The position numbers and the translations under genes are program-made. DNA of 63,658 nucleotides, filler included, from Octopus bimaculoides (lineage: Eukaryota), in assembly GCF_001194135.2 (NCBI RefSeq). It is 6 parts of 6 records of this genome, joined end to end, with 100 filler letters (N's around TTAATTAATTAA, not from the genome) between each part and the next. Parts side by side here need not be neighbours in the genome. Positions count along the whole stretch, not along the records: positions 1 to 22,156 come from NC_068984.1; positions 22,257 to 40,580 come from NC_069004.1; 4 more parts are not named here. One strand, 5' to 3'. How positions within the stretch are numbered: the stretch's first letter is position 1; the number at the start of each line of letters is the position of its first letter. Below, piece after piece: positions 12,870-25,581 of this stretch. A model generated the notes under the pieces. That model was given only the letters and a program-made list of their open reading frames with translations. It did not search any database and was not told where the DNA came from.

Positions 12870-13612
12870 NNNNNNNNNNNNNNNNNNNNNNNNNNNNNNN
12901 NNNNNNNNNNNNNNNNNNNNNNNNNNNNNNNNNNNNNNNNNNNNNNNNNNNNNNNNNNNNNNNNNNNNNNNNNNNNNNNNNNNNNNNNNNNNNNNNNNNN
13001 NNNNNNNNNNNNNNNNNNNNNNNNNNNNNNNNNNNNNNNNNNNNNNNNNNNNNNNNNNNNNNNNNNNNNNNNNNNNNNNNNNNNNNNNNNNNNNNNNNNN
13101 NNNNNNNNNNNNNNNNNNNNNNNNNNNNNNNNNNNNNNNNNNNNNNNNNNNNNNNNNNNNNNNNNNNNNNNNNNNNNNNNNNNNNNNNNNNNNNNNNNNN
13201 NNNNNNNNNNNNNNNNNNNNNNNNNNNNNNNNNNNNNNNNNNNNNNNNNNNNNNNNNNNNNNNNNNNNNNNNNNNNNNNNNNNNNNNNNNNNNNNNNNNN
13301 NNNNNNNNNNNNNNNNNNNNNNNNNNNNNNNNNNNNNNNNNNNNNNNNNNNNNNNNNNNNNNNNNNNNNNNNNNNNNNNNNNNNNNNNNNNNNNNNNNNN
13401 NNNNNNNNNNNNNNNNNNNNNNNNNNNNNNNNNNNNNNNNNNNNNNNNNNNNNNNNNNNNNNNNNNNNNNNNNNNNNNNNNNNNNNNNNNNNNNNNNNNN
13501 NNNNNNNNNNNNNNNNNNNNNNNNNNNNNNNNNNNNNNNNNNNNNNNNNNNNNNNNNNNNNNNNNNNNNNNNNNNNNNNNNNNNNNNNNNNNNNNNNNNN
13601 NNNNNNNNNNNN

Positions 13613-13645
<33 letters not shown>

Positions 13646-14455
13646 ATATGTACATATTTACATATATATACACAGACACAGAGAGAGATACATACATATA
13701 TATATGTATATATATATATATATGTGTGTGTGTATATGTATGTATGTATGTATATATAAATATCAATTGGCAGAGCCTCGTGTTCATAAGGTGTATAGAT
13801 ATGTGTGTATGTGTGTGTGAGTAAAAATATATGTGTATTTATCGTGATAATGCTTCCGTCCTTTTCACTTCAAACACACCAGTTCTCGTCCGATTACGGA
13901 AATTAAGTAACGTCGAGTCTATTTCGTACCTGCTTGAGAAACCTAGGTGTTGTAAGCAACTCACATTTTAACTGGCGCCGCTCCAGCATGGCCGCAGCCT
14001 TTGGGATGAAACATAACAAAAATGAAGGAATAAAAGTACATGTATATATGTATTTATGTATGTTCACTTTTGTTTTTAAACATCTAAATTCTACCTTCGA
14101 AGAAGAAGAAGGTTTCTAAGAAAGATACAGAGCTCCGTAGTTGGTACGTAGGTAACGAAAACAATTGTCACGTTTTTAAAATGAGAAAAGACTTTCATAT
14201 TTTTACTGTTCCACTTACAAATTGTATTTGTCACACACACACACACCTATATTCTTTTATTCTTTTATTTGTTTCAGTCATTTGACTGTGGCCATGCTGT
14301 AGCACCGCCTTTTGTCGAGAAAATCGACCCCAGGGCTTAGCCTTTGTAACTCTAGTACTTATTCTATCGATATATTTTGCCGAACTGCTAGATTACAGGG
14401 ACGTAAACGCACCAGCATCGGTTGTCAAGTGATGTTGGGTGTACAAACAAAGACA

Positions 14456-14487
<32 letters not shown>

Positions 14488-14823
14488 NNNNNNNNNNNNN
14501 NNNNNNNNNNNNNNNNNNNNNNNNNNNNNNNNNNNNNNNNNNNNNNNNNNNNNNNNNNNNNNNNNNNNNNNNNNNNNNNNNNNNNNNNNNNNNNNNNNNN
14601 NNNNNNNNNNNNNNNNNNNNNNNNNNNNNNNNNNNNNNNNNNNNNNNNNNNNNNNNNNNNNNNNNNNNNNNNNNNNNNNNNNNNNNNNNNNNNNNNNNNN
14701 NNNNNNNNNNNNNNNNNNNNNNNNNNNNNNNNNNNNNNNNNNNNNNNNNNNNNNNNNNNNNNNNNNNNNNNNNNNNNNNNNNNNNNNNNNNNNNNNNNNN
14801 NNNNNNNNNNNNNNNNNNNNNNN

Positions 14824-14862
<39 letters not shown>

Positions 14863-14888
14863 TAGATAGATAGATAGATAGATAAATG

Positions 14889-14923
<35 letters not shown>

Positions 14924-14942
14924 GTGCACACACACACACACA

Positions 14943-14975
<33 letters not shown>

Positions 14976-16751
14976 CCACTCTTTCTCTCTCACACACACA
15001 CACACAACATGTTTCAAATTGCGTTTCTACTGCAGGCGATTTATTCAAGAACAGAATGTATGTCAAAAGGAAATACGTAATATTTTTGACACAAATATTA
15101 GTAATATTTTAATGTTAGACTTTCTTTAAAATAATTACCTTCAATTTGACACACATACACCTACACAAACGCACACTCGTCCATGCTTACCTAGCTACCT
15201 TCCTATTCACACGTACCTAGCTACGTTCCTATTTAGACGTATGCATACAAATGCACACGTGTATAAATGCTTTGCTTAAACTATATTCAGAGTAAAAAAA
15301 AAGGCGGGGCAACAGAGAGCAGGAAATGAAAAACAGCGTAAAATAATTACAACAAAAACACAAGCAAAGGAATGAAATATGTGTGTGTAGCGAGAGGGAA
15401 AACGTGGAGGGAAGGGATATGAGAGGCGCTGAGTATAAAATATTGTGATAATATCCACAGGAACAAAGATATTGTCATACATATATTATCCTCATTCCAT
15501 GGCGCTAACGTTGAATCAAACACATATTAACAAAAGAATGAAACAACGAACAACAATCAACTTCTCGTATAACGCAATGCAACTTCAATCAACGTATTAC
15601 AGCTTCCATTTCGTTCATATGATATATGTAATTACAGGATAGGGAAGAAAGCTTTTTGACTTTTCTATTTATATGTATAGCTAAGAGGGTTTTCATAAAT
15701 ACTGTCTCTCTCTTTAATGTCTTCGAGATGATGCTATTTTTTTTTTATTCTGTTTTTCCTGTTTTTCGTTTTTTCGATCTTTCTCGCAAAATGATACAAG
15801 AGGATGTGAGGGGATTTTTCCAATAATCATCACCATTTTAACTTCATACATTGTTATAAAACTATCTTCTAATCAATACGCCATTATCCTACTTCATTTT
15901 CCTTTTACGACTCCCGCTACTATCTCTTCATTGCGTTTATCTTCGCTACTTTTCCATTTTCTCATTTTGCTTTTGTTGAGCTATGTATGTGTGTGCGTGC
16001 ATGCGTGTATGTGTGATGTATGTGTGTATAATTAAAGAGACAGAGACAGATAAATGTGTGTATGTATAGGTATATATTTTATTACTTTTATTTCTTTGAT
16101 ATGTTTCAGTCCAAAGGTTGTGGCCGTACTGGAGCAACGCCAGTGTAATCATATATATGTATATACATGTCTGTGATTGTGCATGTGCGTGTATGTGTGT
16201 GGGTCACTTTTTATTTATTAAAATTCTTCCTGGAAGACAGGACTTTGTTTCAAACAAGGAAACTAATTTCTATGGCTGGAATTTGGATAAAAACGATGAT
16301 AGTTCTATGCAGAACTCTGTAAAACGTGTTGCACATTTTCACTGTTCCACATTTTGGTGTAGCATAGTAGCAAATCTAAAATGTGTATTATCCAGTGTCT
16401 TCATAATTCTTTCGACACGTAGGAACGAAAACAAATCCACCAATAAGTTTCTATATAAATGTGAATATAAAATCAGAGTAGAAGACATTTAGATTTTTTG
16501 GATAGGAATCCAAAGATCTGCTTTTCACTGATTACAAAACAAATATGGATATCTGTGACTATACACACATATATATGTATGCATGTATATATANNNNNNN
16601 NNNNTATATGCATATATGTGTATGCATGTATGTATGTATGTAAACATATGTAGAAGGTTGAAAACGAACACACGAGTTCGGCAATACATATACTAACTAA
16701 ACTGTTCTTCATGATAAAAGTATTTTGCCATTTTCTACCTTGTCTTATTTT

Positions 16752-16769
<18 letters not shown>

Positions 16770-16787
<18 letters not shown>

Positions 16788-17000
16788 ACCGCGTGTGTAT
16801 CGTTGGCGATTTTCTTTCTCCGTCTTCCATTCTTTGGACTTTTTCTATATTTCTGATGAAGAGCTCCGCTCGAAACATGAAAGCCTCTTACTTTTCTTTC
16901 CTTTCCTGAGCGTCCAATAACACTGTACTTATCCCACCTTCTCGCGTTGTTTTTTCTTGTTTTCTTTTTTGCTTGTTCATATTTGGATTGACTATATATA
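16770..17000 (+). repeat. Short dispersed repeat carrying a degenerate minimal hammerhead motif (Penelope-like terminal repeat, inferred)
   Basis: CTGATGA-A-GAGC-tcc-GCTC-GAAAC at 16853-16876; related sequence on - at about 50860-51010; flanked by (TA)n. Confidence 0.55.
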
Positions 17001-17006
17001 TATAAA

Positions 17007-18085
17007 TTCATTTAAAATAAAGAGATGCCTATAATAGGACATCTGACCCGCTAGAAAGACCAGCAAAAAACTCTATACCACAAAAATATGCATAATTTCG
17101 AAAGGGAATGAAAAATAAATACATTTACCAATCTATATTCCGTACCATGGTTTCAAGTTATTTTAGCAAGATAAAAATATATCTCACAAGTTCACTATCT
17201 TCAGCGGAATAACCAGAAGACAGCATATAAACACGAGTCATAGGAAACATGGCTAATGCTTATATGCTTAATTTTTCAAAATTTACCGCGCATGTGCGGT
17301 TTACCTTATCGGCAGCAAATACAACAATGCCGATTTTCTTTCAGAAATTAGCCAAAAAATATTTTATCATTATTAATAAATTATAGGGCAGCAAAAAATT
17401 TCTAGAAATTTTATTTGCCACCAGTGGTCTAGCGAAATTATCCCTATTTTTATGGTATAGAGTTTTTTGCTGCTCTTTCTAGCGGGTCAGATGTCCTATA
17501 ATAGGCATCTCTGTATTTTAAATGAATAATATATAGTCTATTGACTGATTTTTATTCTCGCTAGACCATTGGTCGCAAATAAAATTTCTAGAAATTTTTT
17601 TTGCTGCCCTATAATTTATTAATAATGATAAAATATTTTTTGGCTAGTTTCTGAAAAAAAATCGGCATTGTTGTATTTGCTGCCGATAAGGTACACCGCA
17701 CATGCGCGGCAAATTTTGAAAAATTAAGCATATAAGCATTAGCCATGTTTCCTATGACTCGTGTTCATATGCTGTCTTCTGGTTATTTCGCTGAAGATAG
17801 TGACCTTGTGAGATATATTTTTATCTTGCTAAAATAGCTTGAAACCATGGTACGGAATATAGATTGGTAAATGTTTTTATTTTTCATTCCCTTTCGAAAT
17901 TATGCATATTTTTGTGGTATATTGTTTTTTGCTGCTCTTTCTAGCGGGTCAGATGTCCTATTATAGGCATCTCTGTATTTTAAATGAATAATATATAGTC
18001 TATTGACTGATTTTTATTCTCGCTAGACCACTGGTGGCAAATAAAATTTCTAGGAATGTTTTTGCTGCCCTATAATTTATTAATA
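17007..18085. repeat. Foldback/tandem structure of a 462-bp unit
   Basis: Arm 17007-17435 is the reverse complement of 17558-17988 (about 97% by eye). 17452-17622 is directly repeated at 17914-18085 (period 462). Confidence 0.9.
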
Positions 18086-19599
18086 TATATATACATATAT
18101 ATATATATACATATATATGTATGGATTTATTAATCTCTTTTACTTATTATTATTGTTGTTGTTATTATTACTATTATTATTATTATTATTATTATTATTG
18201 AAATGTTTTTAATCCCCACCTCCACCTCTCCCCCATTTAATTTTTTGATTTTGTTTACTTTAAAGAGATCATAGCGAATTGACGAACATATGCAAATCGA
18301 AATTAAATACAGACAAAAACATTGAAGTGAAAAGAATTTGTATTTTACTTGTGTTTATAATCGTAAATAATAATTTAATGTAAATTAAATATTCATCATT
18401 TTATGAGAACCAAACATTAATATGTAATAATTAATGTTATAAAGTTTAATAAGGGGCTCAATTTTCACCCCCTCCCCCAATTTTAAATTTAGAATTTCTT
18501 TATCCATTTATTTATTTGTCTATTTATTTATTCCTGACCGTTTATTCATAAAATATATTTGTCAACTAAATGCAATGGTCCGATAGAAGACGATGTTACT
18601 GTTGTTTTTAGCACCAGGAAGGTATTCATATCTACCTGTTTCTTTATACACCTATCTATATGCTTATTGAATTTAAACATTAAAAACGTGGTTTCTTGCA
18701 TTTCCGGAATCTCCGTCATCTAAAACATAGGGGGAAAAAATTTCGAAGAAGTTCAAAATTTTAATTGGGAGTGGAGGACTGGGGGTGGGTGGGGGTAAAT
18801 ATTTTTTTTATTATTTTGCATATTCGTAATCTGCTACATCTAAAACGTAGGAATCCGAAAAAACTTTTTTTTCCAAAAGTGCATTTTTCAAGGAGAGGTG
18901 CGAAAATGCAATAGCCAAAGCCCATTACCCACTTGGAATTACCTCTAGAGATACACTGTGTGACGTACAACGAGTGTCTAAATGACTGCAGAGCAACGTG
19001 AAGTGAAGCTTCACGTTGCTCACAAAAAAACATGAAGTGCCTTCCGGTCTAGGAATCGCAACAACGATGGTGTGGTCATAGGTTCAACACTCTAACCACA
19101 AGGCCACGCGCCTTCACTTGCCAACTGTTATACAATATTATTAAACACCTTTCCTCTGATATTTCTTCCACGTTCATATCTTCTGTGTGAATCATACATT
19201 TATACTTCATTAACACTAAATTACTGTCTCTAGCCTCCAGGTTACAACGAAATAAAAATAAAAAGAACAGCCATCGGCAATTTCGCATTCGCATATTGTA
19301 TACAAGCATACTGAAAAACAAATACAAACACTCGAGTACACATATATAATTGCCTGTATGTCTCTGGGCGTGTATTCGCGAAACTCTTTCACTAAACGAA
19401 AGCAAAACTATCTTCTACAAGATTAGTTTAGTATTTTAAATTACTTTGATAATTACAATTTTGCAGGATTAATATAACAGTTTAAAAATACGCTACGCAA
19501 CATCTGTTTCAAATTAAAAGCAATTTCTCAATTTTTGTTTTTCCCCAATGTGTATGCATCCGGGCACATTCATTTGTGTGCATTCTGAAAACTCCTTTT

Positions 19600-19641
<42 letters not shown>

Positions 19642-20226
19642 CGTGCGTGCGTGTATGTGTGAGTGTGTGTATGTGTGTGTGTGTGTGTGTGCGTGCGTGG
19701 ATGTGTGTGTGTATATTTATATATTCAGTCGTAACTTGCTCCATGATCCTGTATACCCACAGGCCAAACTCGGAGTAGCCAGAAACTGGTTTCATCAAAA
19801 AAAAAGAATATCATTCATTTCTACTACGATATTGACCCTTTACGTTCTAAGTTCAAATCCCACCGGAGTTGACTTTACCTTTCATTCCATCGAGATTAAT
19901 AAAATAAGTTAAATGTTAGGGGAATGTGATTAACAAGCCCTACCCACTAAAATTGCTGGCCTTGTGACAAAATTAGAAAGAATTATTATCTTTGATGTTA
20001 TTCATCACTGCTTTCCTGTTTGTCGCTGTCGCACGCGATTCGTTGAACGCCGCTTCAAATGTGATTTTTTTCCCCATTTACTGAAGAAAAAGTTTCTTTT
20101 ATTCTATTTTTTTATTAACAATAGACTACAGAATATTTGAATGTCTTCCGTTTTACCGTGAAGTACAAAACAAAAAAGAAAATTATTCTTGCAAACATTT
20201 GTTTTAACTGTATGTATTTCTGCCAT

Positions 20227-20290
20227 CAGCCATTTGCAATATTTACACGCGTTTCAAAATGGCTGCCACAGAAGTAGCGGGAAGTGATGT
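20227..20290. promoter_or_regulatory. Possible promoter: YY1-like and ETS-like motifs
   Basis: caaaatggctgcc (20255-20267), inverted cagccatttg (20227-20236) and gcgggaagtgatgt (20277-20290) clustered in unique sequence. Confidence 0.35.
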
Positions 20291-20843
20291 TCACCTCATT
20301 GCTAGTAGCAGTAGTCTCCACCGCATAAACAAACACTATCATATTATTTTCAAGCATTAAAAATGGAGACAATAGAAAAATTAGACACAAAGAAAGGCTT
20401 GAAGCATAAATACAGTTACGTAATGGGAAACACACATACATATATACACACACACACACACCAAACGGTTGTATTTAGACATTATTTTGAATTTTAAAAA
20501 AATTGCAGAAACAGTACAGCATCAAGAACAACATGATTTTGTTTGAGTGCTAAGTGCACCAATCGTAGAAGTGTCAGAAACAATGCTTTCCAGCATTTGT
20601 TCAGAGAGTTTATATTCTGAATTCAAGCAACGTGGAGGTCAAATATTCTTTTCATCTTTTCGGGATGCATAAGATAAGATACTAATTGAATATTCCGAAT
20701 GAAATAATCGACCAGTTCTTTCCCCTTAATTGTTTTTCTCCAGAACACAACGCATCGTCCGTTCCAGGAATTAAAACCACAATTTTACGATCATGAGTAC
20801 CACGTCCTAACCACTAAACCACGCGCCTGCACATCCTACTCTA

Positions 20844-21075
20844 CTTATTTCTTTATTGCCCACAAGAGGCTAAGCATAGAGGGGACAAACAAGAACAGGC
20901 AAAGGGATTAAGTAGATTACATCGACCCCAGTGCGTAACTGGTACTTAATTTATCGATCCCGAAAGGATGAAAGGCAAAGTCGACCTCGGCGGAATTTGA
21001 ACTCAGAACGTAACCGCAGACGAAATACCGCTAAGCTTTTCGCCCGCGTGCTAATGATTCTGCCAGCTCGCCGCC
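20844..21075 (-). mobile_element. SINE family B, variant with gtttgtcccctctatg...aataaagaaataag tail
   Basis: B core plus the same tail as the copy at 27835-28051. Confidence 0.85.
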
Positions 21076-21197
21076 TACTCTACACTCTACCAGATCGATC
21101 CACGGCGCCACATTTTCGTTAGACGAAAGAGTAATGGGAGGGCATTAGCCTTCCTTCCAAAGCATACAAACGTTCTTATATAACATATTACACTTAC

Positions 21198-21219
21198 CTG
21201 ATTCATATCCCTCGTTCAT
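21198..21219 (-). CDS. Possible alternative first coding exon (MNEGYES), phase 1
   Basis: aaacATG start and a perfect CAG|GTAAGT donor; in frame with exon 1828-1871 if spliced to it. Confidence 0.3.
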
Positions 21220-21865
21220 GTTTCTCCTCCCTTAATGGTAAATATCCATTTTGTCACAATTATCATTCCTTTCATGATAAATGTTGACAACGCCTCACCA
21301 GTCTTTGCTTCAACACAATTTTCAAGCTATTATATTTCATAATTTATGTATCCACCTGGTATTTCCAGTATTCCATCAGCTAAATTATTTAAATGCCCTC
21401 TCCTTCTTCTGTTTACTGTCATCACCTTTACGTGTGAAATATGTACGTACTGATCATAAATATTCTTTGAAAGACGCTTTTTCACAGAATATTCCATTCT
21501 TATATTTTCCACAAAGCAACCCATCAATCTTCCATTTATCATTTCAAGCTGGTTTTCTTTTTTTTTTTTCTTTTTTAGTTTTGTCTTATTTTTCATTATA
21601 TTACTAGAATCGGTAGAGCGTCAGAAGAAATGTTTTCTATAAACTTTATATCGTTCTTTTTCTTCTGCTTTCTGCATTCAACGCCTGTAGATGGTGAATT
21701 CGCTATTTATTGTTCCGGGGTTAATAAAATAATTATCAGCCACATAACGAACGCAATGTAACAAATGTCTCTTTCTACCAAAATATTGCTGTCAATTGTA
21801 ATGCTATACTTCTTCTTCTTCTTATTATTATTATTATTATTAATATTATTATTATTATTATTATT

Positions 21866-22156
21866 CAGTAGTTTTATTTTTATAACGTGCTTTCACTTCA
21901 CTACCGAGCGCAGCTCTGTGCGCCTTGGGTATGTGCTGTGGTTTGCTGTGGTGCTCTTATGTTTACTGTATTGAAAGTGTTTTGCGTAGAATGTGTGCAG
22001 TACCCAGTAGTGCAATTTTCTGTATGTTATATATATTTGTAAGTCCTGGTGTTTTTGTTATGTATTTGTCTGAATATTTTTTTATTATACCTAAGGCACC
22101 TACTATGATAGGAATTGTTTCTGTTTTTAGATTCCACATTCGAGTTATCTCTATTT
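21866..22156 (-). mobile_element. R4/Dong-like non-LTR retrotransposon 3' end
   Basis: Translates EITRMWNLKTETIPIIVGALG...IQKIALLGTAHILRK* (restriction-like endonuclease C-terminus), then a 3' UTR running into (TAA)n; cut by a scaffold spacer. Confidence 0.8.
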
Positions 22157-22256
22157 NNNNNNNNNNNNNNNNNNNNNNNNNNNNNNNNNNNNNNNNNNNN
22201 TTAATTAATTAANNNNNNNNNNNNNNNNNNNNNNNNNNNNNNNNNNNNNNNNNNNN
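22157..22256. other. Assembly spacer (44 N + TTAATTAATTAA + 44 N); identical spacers at 40581-40680, 47613-47712, 53647-53746, 57858-57957
   Basis: Exactly 100 nt each time; the 12-mer has stop codons in all six frames. Confidence 0.95.
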
Positions 22257-22754
22257 GGATCTTGTGAATTTTCCGAGGTCCTCTCAAAACCCTTTGGGAA
22301 GATTTTTTCCCACAAATTTCTTTATAATCGTAATGTATGCCGTTTGAAAAGTATTTCTATAAAATTTCATTGAAAAAAAAACCCATTTCCCTAAAAGTTA
22401 TGAAGGAAAAACTCGGATCTTGTGAATTTTCCGAGGTCCTCTCTCCACCTTCCCATTGCTTTCCACGCATTTTTTTCATATTCGTTTCCTACACATTGTT
22501 TTACACCCATTCCAGTATATTTTTTGGAGTTTCATTTCCGGGTCAAGATGTAAACATTAACCTATGTTTGCAAGTGTATGCGCACGCGCTCGATGGGCTT
22601 CTTTCAGTTTCCATCTACCAAAACCATTAAAGAGGTTTTAGTCAACCTGAGGCTATAGCAGAAGCCTCTTGCCCAAGGTGACATGCAGTTGAACTGGAAC
22701 CCAAGGCCACATGGTTGGAAAGCAAACTTGTTAACCACGTCTGCGCCTCGTTAG

Positions 22755-23051
<297 letters not shown>

Positions 23052-23656
23052 TGAAACTGAAAGAAGCCTATGTGTACATATGTATGTATGTTTTCATAGA
23101 AGACTGGAAATGTATGACACCACTTGTATAACAGTGATGATCATTTACAACTGTTACATGATATCAAGACAAGGACGTGCAAAAACACTCACACGCTAAC
23201 ATTTATATACACACACTCACACACACGTGCCAGACTTCTTTCAGTTTCCGTCTACCAAATCCACTCAAGGATTTGGTCAGCTTGAGACTATAGTTCAAGA
23301 ACCATGGTCAAAGGTGCCACATAGTGGGGCTGAACCTGGAACCATGTGGTTGTGAAGCAAACTTCTTACCACACTTTCACACCTGTGCCTATAAATATAT
23401 GCATGTGTGTGTGAGTGTTTGTGTATGTATGTATGTATGTATGTATTTTGATTTATGTATATATTAATATTATCTCGGTTGAAAAAACTTCAATAATGAA
23501 AATATGTTAATAGTTACCAGGGTAGCAAAAAACACAAAAACTGGGATATCATACCCAGTTAATGGGAAGAAATACCAAGTTAAAGTGACATATTTTGAGT
23601 AGATATGAAGAATAATAATAAATGGAGCAAAACGCATATAAACAAAAAGTTCCTTT

Positions 23657-23747
23657 CATTTCTACATATGTTTCAAAATATATGTGCACTCTACTCCAAA
23701 GAAGTAAGAGGTGCTGGAATTACACATAAATTCATCTTCAGGGAACC
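23657..23747 (-). ncRNA. Hammerhead-like motif in a dispersed repeat (paralog of 54199-54287), antisense in a PGM intron
   Basis: On -: ttcc-CTGAAGA-T-gaatttatgtg...cacatatatttt-GAAA-C-atat-GTA-gaaa; one stem I mismatch. Confidence 0.5.
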
Positions 23748-23942
23748 AACATACAAAAAGCAAGACAAGCGCATATGTATGTATGTATGTATGTATATGC
23801 ATCACTTTCTGTTGAAGAGTGTAGGATTGAAGCAGCAAAAACTTTTCCATTTTTCCCAAGCATCAAATTAATCCACCTGCTTGTTGATCCTACATACATA
23901 GATTCTCACATATTTTTTTTTTCTGTTATACTTTCATATTAG

Positions 23943-24215
23943 GTCCTGCTCCTGAAGGCGTCACAAACGCAATATTTGAAATGTCCAAAAATATCAAGAC
24001 CTATAAAACCTGCCCGAAATTGACAATGGATCTCTCAAAGATTGGTTCCAGTAAATTCAAAATTGCTGGCCATGAGATGGTCGTCGAAATTATCGATCCC
24101 GTCGCTGATTACATCGCTTATATGAAGGAATTATTTGACTTCAACTCCATCAAGAAACTCTTAAAAGGTGACGGATGTCCAAAGTTGGACATTCTTCTGG
24201 ACTCCATGCACGGAG
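23943..24215 (+). CDS. PGM1: Phosphoglucomutase exon
   Basis: (G)PAPEGVTNAIFEMSK...ELFDFNSIKKLL...LDSMHG; 273 nt; phase 1-1; AG/GT. Confidence 0.97.
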
Positions 24216-24368
24216 GTAAGAATCACGTTTTGGTTATCAGTTTTTGTTCACATTCATTATTTTTGCTTTTTATTTCTTTTTTTTTTTTTTAGCCAGAATT
24301 TGGTTGACAAGTATTATGTCTATAATATACTCCCACCTTTATTTCTCCCCCACCCCGCTACCAGCTGC

Positions 24369-24945
24369 TTAACCCTTTCGTTGCCATATTTCTGCTGAAA
24401 TGCATTATCTTCGTTTCAGTTAACTTTGAAAATAAGGAAGAATTTAGTAAAATAACTGTTGTTACTAACGTGGTGTTTTTAAGGCCGCAAGCTGGCAGGA
24501 ATTTCAGCTGTCGCTATGTTCTGAGTTCAAATTCCACTGAGGTCAACTTTAACTTTGATCCTTTCAGGGTCGATAAATAAGTACCAGTCAAGCATTGGGG
24601 GTCAATCTAACTGACTTACCCCTTCCCCAAAATTGCTGGCCTTGTGCCAAAATTTGAAACCAGTAAGCTTGTGTTTGAACACATGGAATTTTGGTGGGAA
24701 GTTTTAATTTAGATCACTTTAACCCTTTTGTTACCATATTCTTGTTGAAATACACTGCCTTTGTTTCAATTAATTTTGAAAATAATGAAGTATTCAGTGA
24801 AATAATTGTCATTAGTAAGCTGATTTTTTGGAACATAAATTAGCATGAAATTTTGAATGAAGGTTTTAATTTAGATTATTTTAAAATTAGAAGTTTGTGT
24901 CATAGAACTGGGGTTGGTCTCAGGTTGGTTGGTATCAAAACGGTT
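24369..24945. mobile_element. Two piggyBac-like MITE copies (TTAA-CCCTTT ends); the first is interrupted by a SINE B (about 24481-24665)
   Basis: ttaaccctttcgttgcc at 24369 and ttaacccttttgttacc at 24719 begin related AT-rich sequences; the second ends ggtatcaaaacggtt. Confidence 0.5.
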
Positions 24946-25390
24946 TCTTTGATTGTACCTGTGGCTTGTGGGCCCTGGCTTCCCAGCACAAGTGACTATC
25001 AAATATTCTGCCACCTATTGTATAAATGAATGCACCCTTTTAAAGCCTAGCCAGGCTCATGGGCCCGGTTTCAATGGCGTATGTGTTCCCCAGCTGAACG
25101 GGACGCCAGTCCATTGCAGCGTTACTCATTTTTGCCAGCTGAGTGGACTGGAGCAATGTGAAATGAAGTGTTTTGCTCAAGAACACAACGCATCACCCGG
25201 TCCAGGAATCGAAACCACAATCTTATGATCATGGTGCTGACACCCTAACCACTAAGCCACACGCCTCCACCCACCTACTGTATAACATAAGAAAAATCTG
25301 CTTCAAGTTTTTATTCTGGTTGTTTTATAGGAAAAGAGTCAGAGTGAGTTTAGATCAAATGCAAACTTTTATTTCTTATTTTTGTTCCAG

Positions 25391-25581
25391 TCACTGGACC
25401 GTATGTAAAGAAAATATTCTGTGATGAACTCGGAGTTGATCCAAAGAGCTGTGTCAATAGCAATATCTTGCCTGATTTTGGAGGCCTTCATCCTGATCCC
25501 AACTTAACCTACGCTGCTAACCTCGTCAATGAACTAAAGAAAGGAAAGCATGGATTTGGTGCAGCATTTGATGGAGACGGT
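25391..25581 (+). CDS. PGM1: Phosphoglucomutase exon ending in the DGDG metal-binding loop
   Basis: (V)[14 protein letters not shown]...[15 protein letters not shown]...FGAAFDGDG|gtaagt; 191 nt. Confidence 0.97.

Noticed and set aside
20156-20226. Minus-strand MAEIHTVKTNV resembling the PGM N-terminus (xIxTVKT)
   Set aside because: Opposite strand to PGM and not followed by DQKPGTSGLRK; treated as coincidence unless the segment is mis-oriented and exon 1 is split.
22201-22212. TTAATTAATTAA palindrome as a biological motif
   Set aside because: It always sits centred in 88 Ns; a synthetic linker.
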